Notes: generated from the sequence alone by a model not told the origin. A stretch of 64,000 nucleotides of DNA from Bdellovibrionales bacterium (GCA_041391465.1 JAWKNX010000018.1:563-64562); one strand, 5' to 3'; counted from the first letter of the stretch, positions 33,835 through 43,983 are shown. A program made the numbers and translations.

Positions 33835-35511
33835 TTAACCTTCTGCCTCATTGGTAATTAATAGATCCTTGTTAACCTCAGGCTCTGGAAGTTGAGAGCC
33901 GGTTTCCCATTTAGCTATATTTTCTCGGTGAATTTGCGCAATATCAGTCGCTTGTCTTTTTGTTACTGTACCCAACTTTGGAATAACAACACTCAATTGA
34001 CCGTTTTCATAATGACGATTGATATGCTTTTCTGAAACGGGATGATTCAGCTGAATTTCTTCGCGAAAAGTTTGATAGTTATTGGTTTCCAAAGTACGTC
34101 CATCTTTTGTGACTTTATCTTTAAATCGACGTTTCCCTGAGACCACTAATTTATCCTCTTTAACAAAGACATCAATGTTGTCCTTTTCGTGTTCTGGAAT
34201 ATTCACCTCAAACACATACCCGCTAGCTTGTTCTGTTAGTGAATTACCAAGGCCTTGCAGGCGATAAAAAGGGTCTTCTGTAGAATCCTGGTAAGGGGCA
34301 TGTTCTTTCATGAGGTCCACTTTTTGTTGGACTACGGCATCGATATATCGATCTTTTTGTTGCCGGAGCGCCTTACTCTGCAATTGCTTGTTCGTCGAGT
34401 ACACTCGATCAAATTCGTTTTTCTGATTGGCCAACTCTTTACTAAAAATTTGGTCCTGTCTCGCCATCTTTTCTCTGTGTAATTTGGCGGATCGCTCTTG
34501 CTCTACGATTTGCCGCTTCTTTTGTTCGTTCAGCTCAGATTCGTGGAGTTTTTTCTGCTCTTCAAACTTGTGGTCGTATTGCTTTTCTTGAAGCACTAGT
34601 TTTTGTTCGCCTTCTTGATGGCTTCTCTTGAATTCGTTACGGTAGTTTTTTTGAATACGCTCTATTTCGGATCGGGATTGCTCTTGTTCGTGTTTTATTT
34701 GAATGTCATTTTTTTCTTGTAGACTCATTAATTTGAATTCATTTTCTTTTTTGGTCTTGGCAACTTCTTCACGAGTTCTTGTTTTTAAATTAGAAATTCT
34801 CTGGTTGGACTCAAGGCGCTCAATTTCAGATTGTTGCCCATGTTTGGCGCGCAAATCATTGATCCTTTCAAGGCCTTCAATGCGTTGTTTTTCATATTGA
34901 TTTTGATATTTTGAGCTTTGCTCTTTAATGCGTTTTTGTTGGGCTTCATTAATTTCTCGTAACTCAGCGTTTGATTTCTTTTTAGTCGTATCGATCTTCC
35001 GAGTGGATTCTGTACTGATATGTTCTATTTTTTCTGCTTGCTGTTTACGATAGTTGTTTATATGTCTGTTTTGGTCAGCTTGAACTTCCTGCATTCTCTT
35101 TTGGGAGTTTTCGAGAACCCGCTTTTCTCTCTGTTGAGTGCGTGCTATTGAGGCCTCAACATTTTCCTCCTTGGTTTCAAGGGCGGCCTTTAATTGTTCA
35201 ATTTGGCCCTGTCCAGTTTCTTTTTGGTTTTTTATTTGCTTTGAATAGGCATCTTTCAAATTTCTTAATTTGTAATCATGTTGTTCCTGCAGAGCTTCGA
35301 TCTTTTTTTTGGACTGCGATTTGATGTGGTTAACTGCAGCAGCGCCGCTAGTTCGAGCTTTGGCTTCACGTGTGGCATTGCTGTCTTTGATTTGTTGCAA
35401 ATTACGGTTGTGTTGCTCAATGACCTCTTGACGCTTACTTCTATACTGATCGTTCAGCTGTTGCAGATCATTTTGATTGCGTTGTCTTGCAAAATTCACA
35501 TCGTTTGCCAT
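33835..35511 (-). CDS. Long coiled-coil protein with a C-terminal Hsp20/alpha-crystallin domain
   Basis: About 410 aa of Q/E/K/R-rich helical sequence, then YVFEVNIPEHEKDNIDV...LVVSGKR...YENGQLSVVIPK. Confidence 0.8.
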   Translation of the reverse strand: MANDVNFARQRNQNDLQQLNDQYRSKRQEVIEQHNRNLQQIKDSNATREAKARTSGAAAVNHIKSQSKKKIEALQEQHDYKLRNLKDAYSKQIKNQKETGQGQIEQLKAALETKEENVEASIARTQQREKRVLENSQKRMQEVQADQNRHINNYRKQQAEKIEHISTESTRKIDTTKKKSNAELREINEAQQKRIKEQSSKYQNQYEKQRIEGLERINDLRAKHGQQSEIERLESNQRISNLKTRTREEVAKTKKENEFKLMSLQEKNDIQIKHEQEQSRSEIERIQKNYRNEFKRSHQEGEQKLVLQEKQYDHKFEEQKKLHESELNEQKKRQIVEQERSAKLHREKMARQDQIFSKELANQKNEFDRVYSTNKQLQSKALRQQKDRYIDAVVQQKVDLMKEHAPYQDSTEDPFYRLQGLGNSLTEQASGYVFEVNIPEHEKDNIDVFVKEDKLVVSGKRRFKDKVTKDGRTLETNNYQTFREEIQLNHPVSEKHINRHYENGQLSVVIPKLGTVTKRQATDIAQIHRENIAKWETGSQLPEPEVNKDLLITNEAEG

Positions 35512-35625
35512 GTGTTTATTTTAGCATGTGAGATTGACGGAATTTATCTACTAGCGCCGGATTCAGCTCAATAGAAAACATTTATGACTACGGTCGAGGG
35601 TAGATATTGCCTAGACTTTTGCAAT

Positions 35626-35889
35626 CTACTCAGCTTGGCGGGGATTGTTACAAATGGGTTTAAAATAGCTGGCGTTGTTATAACACATCCAGGTGTCACT
35701 TATTTGAATTATTTCTCCGGGTCGAAGTGCATAGTATTCAGGAAACTGAATGTCATCAAGTGTACTTAATATTGTTCTTTCTGTGCCCGTCTGTGGGTTG
35801 ATGATGAGAAGCTGAAAGGCTCTGTAGTCAGCCAGTGAGTTCACAGAAGGTAATAGTAGAATCAAAAATAAAAGTATATTTTGCTTCAT
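35626..35889 (-). CDS. Small secreted hypothetical protein
   Basis: Signal peptide, two Cys; sigma28-like promoter directly upstream. Confidence 0.7.
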   Translation of the reverse strand: MKQNILLFLILLLPSVNSLADYRAFQLLIINPQTGTERTILSTLDDIQFPEYYALRPGEIIQISDTWMCYNNASYFKPICNNPRQAE

Positions 35890-35896
35890 TAATTAA

Positions 35897-35924
35897 TTAT
35901 CGGCTGACCAGCATTGAGACTTAA
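35897..35924 (-). promoter_or_regulatory. sigma28 (FliA)-type promoter candidate
   Basis: Minus strand TTAAG-N15-GCCGATAA. Confidence 0.65.
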
Positions 35925-36128
35925 TGGGTCACGCTTTACAGGCGCCCTGACAAGTTGTCTCTAAATGCCGCAAATGCACGTCAAAATTGGCATTCAAGAA
36001 ATTTTTGATGTGTGATTTTGGAGATAGTTCTTCGTGTAAGTGATTGTTTAATAAAAAAATAGCATATAAATAAAAAAGTATGAGATCGGTGAATGATGTC
36101 GTTGAGATTGAGGATTGGCGACTTTGTA

Positions 36129-36371
36129 ATGAGTGATATTAAGCAGTCTATTACAAATTTAATTCGGACCTGTCGAATTGAAAGTGGTATGGTGCAGTCT
36201 GAAGTGGCAAAACGGGTAGGTATATCCTTTAGAACCTATCAAAGAATTGAGCTGGGTGAAGTTGTTCCTAGAACAGATGTCATGATTCGCTTGCTTGATC
36301 TTTTTGGGTTAGAAGCTAAATTAAAATTTGTTGATATCTTTTCGAGAGAAAAAATGGGTGAGAACAAATAG
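36129..36371 (+). CDS. XRE-family HTH regulator
   Basis: R...GMVQSEVAKRVGISFRTYQRIELGEVVP. Confidence 0.85.
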   Translation: MSDIKQSITNLIRTCRIESGMVQSEVAKRVGISFRTYQRIELGEVVPRTDVMIRLLDLFGLEAKLKFVDIFSREKMGENK

Positions 36372-36475
36372 CTTCCTTTCGATCTGTTTCAAAAACATAC
36401 ACGGCCTTTTGTTTTTCTCAACTTTTTCACCTCCAAACCTTTGTCGAGCTCAATTAAAAACCGATATTTTAATTA

Positions 36476-37682
36476 ATGAAGATATATCGTGAGCATGAGA
36501 TCTGGAATTGGCCTCAGGTGATTTTAAACGGCCTCATCCGCCCTAATAGTTTTTTTAAAAACTGTACATGGGAGGGTTCTGTATTTCTAAGTGCCCTTTA
36601 CTGTGTTTTTGGTTTTTGCTTCTACTTATACATGCAGCTCACTCATAAATATGGAGCTCATTTTTGTGTTGAGGGCAACGCTATTTCAATTAGCGTTGCT
36701 TTTTGTTGTTGGCTTAATACTGGATATTTATGCTAAGAAATTTCAAATAAATTTATCCCCTGCAAAGCTTTCAAGTTATTTAAGCTATGTGATGATGACC
36801 TTCACAACGGTCATGTATTTTTCTTTAACTTTTGAAATGTGGAACCAAGCTGTGGCCGCAACTCTTGCCGTGTGGGCTACATTTGGGTTTGTCCAAAGTT
36901 TTATTGGGAAGCCGAAAAAATCGTATTTTATATATATGGTAAAATGTGTTGCTGGGATCGTTGTTGTTGCCCCAGCAATATACATGAATTTTTATATGGC
37001 CCGATTGCAGGTAAAAAACCAAGAGTTGCTAGTCGACCTGAGAAAAGAAGAAAGTAAAGATATCGAAAGGCGAAAAGAAGTTCAGGAGTACGTCGATACC
37101 TTTGCCACATCGCCAAGTAACTTTGAGAAAATCATTCGGCGCGGACCTTTGCGAGTTGGGGATCGGTTCAAGTACTCGGCACAGTTCAAACGAGGCAGTA
37201 AAGTAATCGACGGCGAGGTGATCATTTGGATTAAAAAAATCTCAGGTGGGAATATCCATGTCATTGTAGATTCAAAGTTTGATAAAAATAAAAGAGAAAG
37301 GTTTGAGAAAGTGTTAAGTTCGTTTAGCCTGAACGAAAGTCAATCCTTGCTAAATAAAATCCAAAAACCCACGCACAACGTTGCGTTTGCGCTGATTACG
37401 ACGGCGCACCTGTCTTTGGACCCACTGCCTGAATACCAGCGAATGGATTATCAATCCTATCTAAAACATATTAAAACCCGCCGGGCATCCAGTGGTGGGG
37501 TTTCGGGATACGAAGTATCGGGGTTACCAAACCTGGTCTACTTGAGCGAAGACCAGGCGGAAAAAACAACAGTCGCCGTATCAACACTCGTCGGTCTCCC
37601 ACTGGCGGTCAAAGGTAAAATGCCTGAGTCCAATATTTTGTACGATATCCGTCTGAGCAAATTCAAAAAAGGTCGCTATTAA
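36476..37682 (+). CDS. Hypothetical multi-pass membrane protein with a soluble C-terminal domain (frameshift near 36590)
   Basis: Several TM segments in 36591..37682; upstream ATG 36476. Confidence 0.6.
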
Positions 37683-37794
37683 TATTAATGAGTAAAAGTG
37701 TATCAGTTTGATATTTAGACCTGTGGATTTTGTTAAGAAGTTCTTTAAATGATACTATAGGTATCAAACAAATCTTCTTTTTTAAGGTCCGTAA

Positions 37795-38958
37795 ATGCCG
37801 AAGGCTATTTTGTTTATTTCTGTTTTCTTTATGGGAGTCCTGTCGCACTCAACCCAAGATGGTCTTATTCGACCCATATATGTAGGTGAAGAAGAAAAAA
37901 ATCAGGGCCAACATTACTCGCAGTTTGCATTTGGTCCAAATGTTTACACCAGAGATTGGGAAGCGGCACAGCTCGAAAAGTTTGAATGTCCAATTGAAGA
38001 TGTTAAAGAGGCGGATTTCCCCTATATCTTCCAAACCATGTACGGCACCAGAGACTTAACAAATCCACAAACCCATGAAGGCTTAATAGAGCTTATTTTA
38101 AACATACACAATCTTCGAGTAATAGTTCAGAGAGATCCATCCATAATCCAAATTAATTATAAATCGAAAAAAGGTGAATTGAACAAAATGTCAATTGGTC
38201 AATCAACTAACTATTCTAGTGAAAGTGGAGTAACTAAAATTTCAACAAGTGGAAGGATTGTTACTGAGTGGAAGGAGCTGATTCCAAAAGAGGAATTTAA
38301 ATCTATAGAAGTATCTTCAAATGTATTCAAGGGTGCTCGAGCGGAGCCAAGGTTTTACGAGTGGCATGACTTTTCGACTTCTGCTTGTAATATGCTTCAT
38401 TATGCTTTGAGAGATGGGGACTTAAAGCTAGTTCCAAAAAAAGACGAAGCGGGAGTGGAGATCCCTAATGCATTTGTTCTCGAGCAATACTTCCCAAAAG
38501 AGGAACAAATTGCGACGCCTTATCCGGCCATGCCCCTGATTCGGCCTAGAATCAACTGCCCTTTGCCTGATGGACGAAAAATTGAGCGGGACGCACTGTT
38601 AGAGGCCTTGGAGGTGAGTGCGACGAGAAGATATGTACGAAACAACAGGGACACCCAAAAAGTGTACATGGTGTCCTATCGTCAGCTGGTAGAAGATATG
38701 TTTAAGCAGTTAGATGTAAAATTGGAAATTGTGAACCCATCTATTGAGTTTAATATGCTTAGAGCGCTTAACAAGGAACATGGCAAGAGGGTAACGGAAG
38801 AACCTGTTGAATATAATGCAAGTCGTTTTTATTGTGACGATTTTCGGTGGTATCTGTTCCACGGAAACATGGAAGCCACTGTAAAAAGTCTTAATCCTCT
38901 AGAAGTTTTAATTCAACCTTATGTTCCTAAACTGGTGACGTTACCTTTGGAGAACTAA
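37795..38958 (+). CDS. Hypothetical secreted protein, paralog 1
   Basis: Intact 387-aa ORF with signal peptide; collinear with the next gene. Confidence 0.8.
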   Translation: MPKAILFISVFFMGVLSHSTQDGLIRPIYVGEEEKNQGQHYSQFAFGPNVYTRDWEAAQLEKFECPIEDVKEADFPYIFQTMYGTRDLTNPQTHEGLIELILNIHNLRVIVQRDPSIIQINYKSKKGELNKMSIGQSTNYSSESGVTKISTSGRIVTEWKELIPKEEFKSIEVSSNVFKGARAEPRFYEWHDFSTSACNMLHYALRDGDLKLVPKKDEAGVEIPNAFVLEQYFPKEEQIATPYPAMPLIRPRINCPLPDGRKIERDALLEALEVSATRRYVRNNRDTQKVYMVSYRQLVEDMFKQLDVKLEIVNPSIEFNMLRALNKEHGKRVTEEPVEYNASRFYCDDFRWYLFHGNMEATVKSLNPLEVLIQPYVPKLVTLPLEN

Positions 38959-38961
38959 AAA

Positions 38962-40098
38962 ATGTCGAAGTCTATTTTGTTTGTTTCAATTTTTTTGTTA
39001 GATGTATTTGCCCAGTCCAACCCTTTGGGATTGTTTCGGCCAAATTTTAATTTACCAGAGGCGAATGAAAAGATTGAAGGGGTAGAAATCACAAGTTTCA
39101 GGCAATTTGAAGTGTTCTTTAATGAATACGTAGTGAAGTGGGAGCAGGAGCAACTGGATAACTATAAGTGCCCCATTGAGAATGTTAATGTAGGTGACTA
39201 TCCTTGGATCTATAGAACTTTAAGCCATACTGACGAAAAAGGGCGGGGGGTTCCTCGTAAAGATCTCATTGAACTTATCTTAAACATTCATAATTTAAAA
39301 GTCATTGAGGAAGAGGAACCGCAGATAGTAACAAAAAGAGTTCCTATGATCATCGATGGTAGTTATAAACAGATTCCAGTGGAAGGATTAGTTGTTTCGA
39401 ACTGGAAAGAGAAAGTCCCCAAGAAGAAGCTCATCAAATTGAAAGTTTCATCTGATATTTTTAAAGGAGCCAATGATCTGCCTATCTACGATGGTGTGAG
39501 AGGCCCTTGGGGTTCTGCATGTTTAACACTATACCATGTGGTGAAGAACGGTTACCTGAAGCTTGTTCCGGTAAAAAATGAAGAGGGTAAGGTGGACCCC
39601 CAATGCATTTGTTTTGGAGCAGGGTCTTCCTAAAGAAACAAAGATTATGACAAACTACCCTGTGATGCCTCTTGTATGCCCACGGGTATTCTGCCCTCTT
39701 AGGGAAGGGGAAAGAATCAGTCGTGAGTCTCTTTTTAGAATCGTTAAAGTACACGGCACCCAGAACGTATGTGACTAATGAAACAGGGACGCAACGGTTT
39801 ATCTGGTGAATTATAAACAATTGGTAGAAAACATTTTTAAACAAATGTGAATGTGAAGTTAGTAGTTGCCGGGGAAACGGCAAGTTATACGATGCTGAGA
39901 GGTTTACATGAAAAGCATACCGAGTGGGTGTTCGATACTCCGGTTGAGTTCAATGGGAAACAATTCTACTGTCGAGACCTGCAATGGTATTTACAGGACG
40001 GAGATATGGTAGCAACAGTTAAAAGCTATCATCCGTTAGTGATTTTGTTGGAGCCCTATGATGTTTATCTTTCGAAACAAAATTATAAGGCAAACTAA
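38962..40098 (+). CDS. Hypothetical secreted protein, paralog 2 (frameshifted)
   Basis: Fragments share CPIE, LIELILNIHNL, SAC..YH..LKLVP, YP.MPL..PR..CPL and FYC.D..WYL..G.M.ATVKS with paralog 1. Confidence 0.78.
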
Positions 40099-40147
40099 CC
40101 CAAATGCGGATAATTTATTGTTCCGACTAAAAGAGAAGAGTTTGAGT

Positions 40148-41353
40148 TTATCGTTTTAAAAAAATTGATAGCTCTGATTTAATTTCGTCAAAAGAAGTTT
40201 CAAAGTTAACCTCATCGGACTGGTTGTCGAGGATATTGGGAGCAACTTTTTTATAAAAGTTTTTTTGAAGAACTTCAATATTATATATTTGCCAACAAGG
40301 GCTAGGGTAAGAAGGGTTAGGGTTCAAATATTTGTTTGGGATGTGGCTGCCGGTTTTTATTGCCATCAAACATGACTCTGCATCACTATACCCCTCGAAT
40401 TGACTTTGACTCCACTCAAGTTGTCTTTCGTAATACTTTTCAGGTTTGAAACCAGATTTGACGAATAGTCCAAATCCAGATATATCGCCTTCAATTTCTA
40501 CTAGCATTTCAACGTCGCGATTGCTAATAATTGAGTTTTGTAGCTGATCCAATTGATTAAAAATTATGGATATTTCATCGTTTTCCTCATAACCACTAAC
40601 GGCTATCAAGTTCTCAAGAGCCCTAGCGACAAGATCATTTTCCAAAATTGATTGCCCGCCAAGTAATTCAATGACGTCTTCAATATATACGGAAGAATTT
40701 TCGATCAAAATATTCTGGTATTTGGCAGAAATCGCAGATGAATACGAAGAGTTTGATGCAATGGAGTATCCTAAATTGTCTATGGCTTTTTGGATTATAT
40801 TAATGAGGTCTGTGTCCCCGAATCTTCTCACTTGCTCAAGTAATTGCTCAGCCGCGACATAGGTAGTCTCATTTTTTTTCTGAAGTAAAAAGAGTGCGTG
40901 ATCGTATAATTCTCTATATTCAAGGTTTTCAGCGAGTACCCGATGAAGGTTGCTAGGGTTTCGTCCTCGATTGTTGATAATGTGACCCAATTCGTGAGAA
41001 AGGACGGCTATGATTTGCGATTCGTTTTTTAGACTTAAAATAAATTTTGGATTTACTAAAATCGTCCCTGAATTGTTGATAACTCGCATGCCAGGGGCTT
41101 CATTGGAGAGTACGATGCAAATATTTTCTCTAGAATAGTAGCCTTGGAAGATGTCTGCATTTTTGCGAGTTATAAAATCGACTATTTGATTTAGGTAGAT
41201 CTGTGCCTTCAAATCGGCTTTGATTTGTGAGGATGTATCGCATTTTTTAAGGGGAGCATTAATGGGGACAGAGATGTGTGAATTGACAGAGGTTAAATCA
41301 GCCCAATTATCAAGGGGCATTAGAAATATCATCAAAGTTAAAAAGACCAACAT
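40148..41353 (-). CDS. M48-family metallopeptidase
   Basis: LKNESQIIAVLSHELGH and downstream EIEGD. Confidence 0.75.
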   Translation of the reverse strand: MLVFLTLMIFLMPLDNWADLTSVNSHISVPINAPLKKCDTSSQIKADLKAQIYLNQIVDFITRKNADIFQGYYSRENICIVLSNEAPGMRVINNSGTILVNPKFILSLKNESQIIAVLSHELGHIINNRGRNPSNLHRVLAENLEYRELYDHALFLLQKKNETTYVAAEQLLEQVRRFGDTDLINIIQKAIDNLGYSIASNSSYSSAISAKYQNILIENSSVYIEDVIELLGGQSILENDLVARALENLIAVSGYEENDEISIIFNQLDQLQNSIISNRDVEMLVEIEGDISGFGLFVKSGFKPEKYYERQLEWSQSQFEGYSDAESCLMAIKTGSHIPNKYLNPNPSYPSPCWQIYNIEVLQKNFYKKVAPNILDNQSDEVNFETSFDEIKSELSIFLKR

Positions 41354-41367
41354 AATCAGATAATAGG

Positions 41368-41383
41368 TGCAACGATAATGCCA
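41368..41383 (-). promoter_or_regulatory. sigma54 promoter candidate
   Basis: Minus strand TGGCAT-TATCG-TTGCA. Confidence 0.6.
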
Positions 41384-41452
41384 GCCTCAAACCAAAAATA
41401 GAGGGATTATATGGGTGCCTGGTGATCTAAGTGCCATTTTTTGCTGACACTT

Positions 41453-41761
41453 TTAATGGCGATATTCTGTTGCGATCATGGCAGTGTTATCAAGAATATG
41501 AAAGTAAGCTCGAAGTAACATTTCATAGGACTCTTGATCGAGGCTTTGCAAATAGAGCTGTTTTTCATGAAACGATTTTTTATTAATTAAATTGTGAAAA
41601 AGGTCTTCAAGGCGCTCAATATTAGGTGGTGTGAAAAAGTCGATATCTTCGGTGGGAACTCTTAATATCTGGGCAATGTTGCTGTGATCCCATAGCAGAT
41701 GTAATCCGTTAAGGGACTGACAAAGTAGATATTCTATGTTTTGTAAACTGATCTCATCCAT
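41453..41761 (-). CDS. Hypothetical protein
   Basis: Intact 102-aa ORF. Confidence 0.7.
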   Translation of the reverse strand: MDEISLQNIEYLLCQSLNGLHLLWDHSNIAQILRVPTEDIDFFTPPNIERLEDLFHNLINKKSFHEKQLYLQSLDQESYEMLLRAYFHILDNTAMIATEYRH

Positions 41762-41876
41762 GGCGTATCAAATGCTCTTTGCCTCAATTTGATCCGAATC
41801 CATTCGGTACAATTACACCTAAGCCTCTTTAATTTTGACCCTTAACTATTGCTTTGTGCAACATTAAATAACCTCC

Positions 41877-41904
41877 GTTGACACGCTTTGTCGGCACCCC
41901 ATAA
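41877..41904 (+). promoter_or_regulatory. sigma32-type promoter candidate
   Basis: GTTGAC-N14-CCCCATAA. Confidence 0.55.
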
Positions 41905-41925
41905 ACTTAAGAGGTGAGGTACTCA

Positions 41926-42828
41926 ATGGCAAAATCCAAATCAGAAGCTGAAAAGACCAACGAAATCGTTATTGATCGAGACAATGGTTTGGTTTTTCAC
42001 AGCGAAGAAGAGCTCTATAAACACTTTGAAAAAGACATCGAAGTGCTAGAGGAGAACTTTTTCAAGTGGCGAAAAGACAGTGATATTTCTGAGAAGGATT
42101 TTGAAAAGTTCGAGCATCGTCTTACGGAAACATTAGAGGACCCGGACGAAATCTGGCGGGACAATGAAACATTAATTAACGATGTCCCAGTTTGCATCTA
42201 TTTAAAAGTCTTCGAAAAGGAAGCCGCTAAAAAGAAAAGGCTGAAAAAAGTAAAGTCGGAAGAGGGCGAAGAGTCCCATCCAGATGAAGAGGATTTGGAA
42301 TACTATGTGGCGGTTACGTATCTGACGGATGATATTCCGAGTTTTATCTACCTTCACTTTCCAAGTACGGACCTGGACTTGGTGGAGAGATTTAGGGATG
42401 GAGATTTGGTGTTCTCGCGCGCTATGGAGCAAGTGCCTCCAGGGGCAATTATGGGAGATGCGTTGACCGAAGGGGACGATTTGGCCCTCGGGTTGTATGA
42501 ATCCATGATGGTGGTGCGGAGCTCATCAGATATCACAGAGAAAGATTTTGCTGAGTACGCTGAACTCCGAGAGCGGGCTGTTGAAGAGGCTGATGAAATT
42601 TGGCGTCGAGATGATGGCATGGGTAACATTTTGGTGACCTTTGTTAGAGATTTTGGCGATGAATATGAAGCAGACCTTTGGTATCTCGTTGTAACGGTGG
42701 AGGATTCTCCATCAAATTCGCACTCACTCTTATTTTCGTTTCCGACGCAAGATAAATCCCTATTGGATCGATATCGGATTGGTGAAAACCTGCAGGCCGA
42801 AGAGGTGGTGCAGGAGTCATCCCACTAG
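41926..42828 (+). CDS. Acidic protein with an internal duplication (possible PBECR2-like fold)
   Basis: Two homologous halves: TLEDPDEIW...FPSTDLDLVERFR.G and AVEEADEIW...FPTQDKSLLDRYR.G. Confidence 0.7.
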   Translation: MAKSKSEAEKTNEIVIDRDNGLVFHSEEELYKHFEKDIEVLEENFFKWRKDSDISEKDFEKFEHRLTETLEDPDEIWRDNETLINDVPVCIYLKVFEKEAAKKKRLKKVKSEEGEESHPDEEDLEYYVAVTYLTDDIPSFIYLHFPSTDLDLVERFRDGDLVFSRAMEQVPPGAIMGDALTEGDDLALGLYESMMVVRSSSDITEKDFAEYAELRERAVEEADEIWRRDDGMGNILVTFVRDFGDEYEADLWYLVVTVEDSPSNSHSLLFSFPTQDKSLLDRYRIGENLQAEEVVQESSH

Positions 42829-42900
42829 GTACGGACACACTTGTGCGGAGCACATGCTAAGACTATTTAGCATGTGCTCCGCACAAGTGTGTCCGTACCT
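42827..42900. repeat. REPIN-like long palindrome B2
   Basis: 34-bp perfect stem AGGTACGGACACACTTGTGCGGAGCACATGCTAA with a 6-nt loop; 25-nt arm identical to B1. Confidence 0.93.
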
Positions 42901-43733
42901 TAGAGCATTTGTTCGCAAAAGGAATTGGTTTCCAGGTAGAATTCATCGTCGGTAAGACGACTTCCCATGAGATTATAATTTGGGTGGAGTAACAATAAGT
43001 TGTTGGAGTCATGAGTCTCTTTATATTTGATCGGATTCGCATAAAAAGGCGGTATTAAAGCAGGCTCGCCAAAGCAGCTCCTCCAGCCATTAAGGTACAT
43101 ATTTACCGCTACCGCTTGATAACTTATTGTTACGTTTTGCAAGATAAATACAGAGGCTTCTAAAAAGTCGGTGCTATTGTCACCATATGTTCCCTGTAGC
43201 ACACCATTTGATATTCTTGAATGTTTTGAAATAAACCTAATGTCATCTCGTCAAATTCTGATGCATCAATTGGGCTTGAAACAGTAGGTATTTGTCATTT
43301 AAAAACGCAACATAATATCGAAGATTTATGTTGAATGCGAAATTGAGTAGGGCTCGGGGCATTGAAGATGTTTCCACGCGAACCTGTTCGTGCCAAAGGC
43401 GCAATTCGATTTTTGTACTGTTACCATTTAAAAACTCACTCGGTAAGTTTGTGATCTGCAGACGAAGATTTGATTAAGATCGGTGGCCTGGGAAAATGGG
43501 TCGACATAAGTGCTCACTTCAGACCCGACATACTTGTAAGCCATGTCATCAAATCCATTACATAATGCCAATCGTCCGTTCACGTTTCACTTGAAGGGTC
43601 TGTTAACACATCAGGAATATCTCAGCTGCTTCCATCATAAGTGCCGTAGTCGCCCACGAGTACTCGCTTGGCCACAACCCAACAAAGTGGCACAGAGTAA
43701 ACTGATTGCAAAAATTGATTGATAGCGTTTCAT
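42900..43733 (-). CDS. Hypothetical lipoprotein (frameshifted)
   Basis: ATG 43733 MKRYQSIFAISLLCATLLGC lipobox; C-terminal fragment 42900..43202. Confidence 0.55.
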
Positions 43734-43771
43734 TGACCGTCCCCCATTTGACATTGCCTACCTTATTAATA

Positions 43772-43787
43772 GGCAAGGTTTGTGCCA
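43772..43787 (-). promoter_or_regulatory. sigma54 promoter candidate
   Basis: Minus strand TGGCAC-AAACC-TTGCC, near-consensus. Confidence 0.7.
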
Positions 43788-43983
43788 GGTGAGTTTGCTC
43801 AAATCTATTTAAACGAACTGTGGGCCATTAACTTTGTATCAAACTGAAACACTATTAAGTGGTGACTGCATTTTTTTTTGAGTTTTGACGGGTCTGCATC
43901 GAGTTAATTGATGTTATGCTTGTAAGCCCATGTAATTATTAATTTAATTAATGGGTGTTTAATTTCTAAACGTTTGGAAATAC

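Noticed and set aside
32513..42900. Terminal inverted repeats of a 10-kb transposon bounded by B1 and B2
   Set aside because: Each element is a self-contained palindrome, no transposase lies between them and no target duplication is evident
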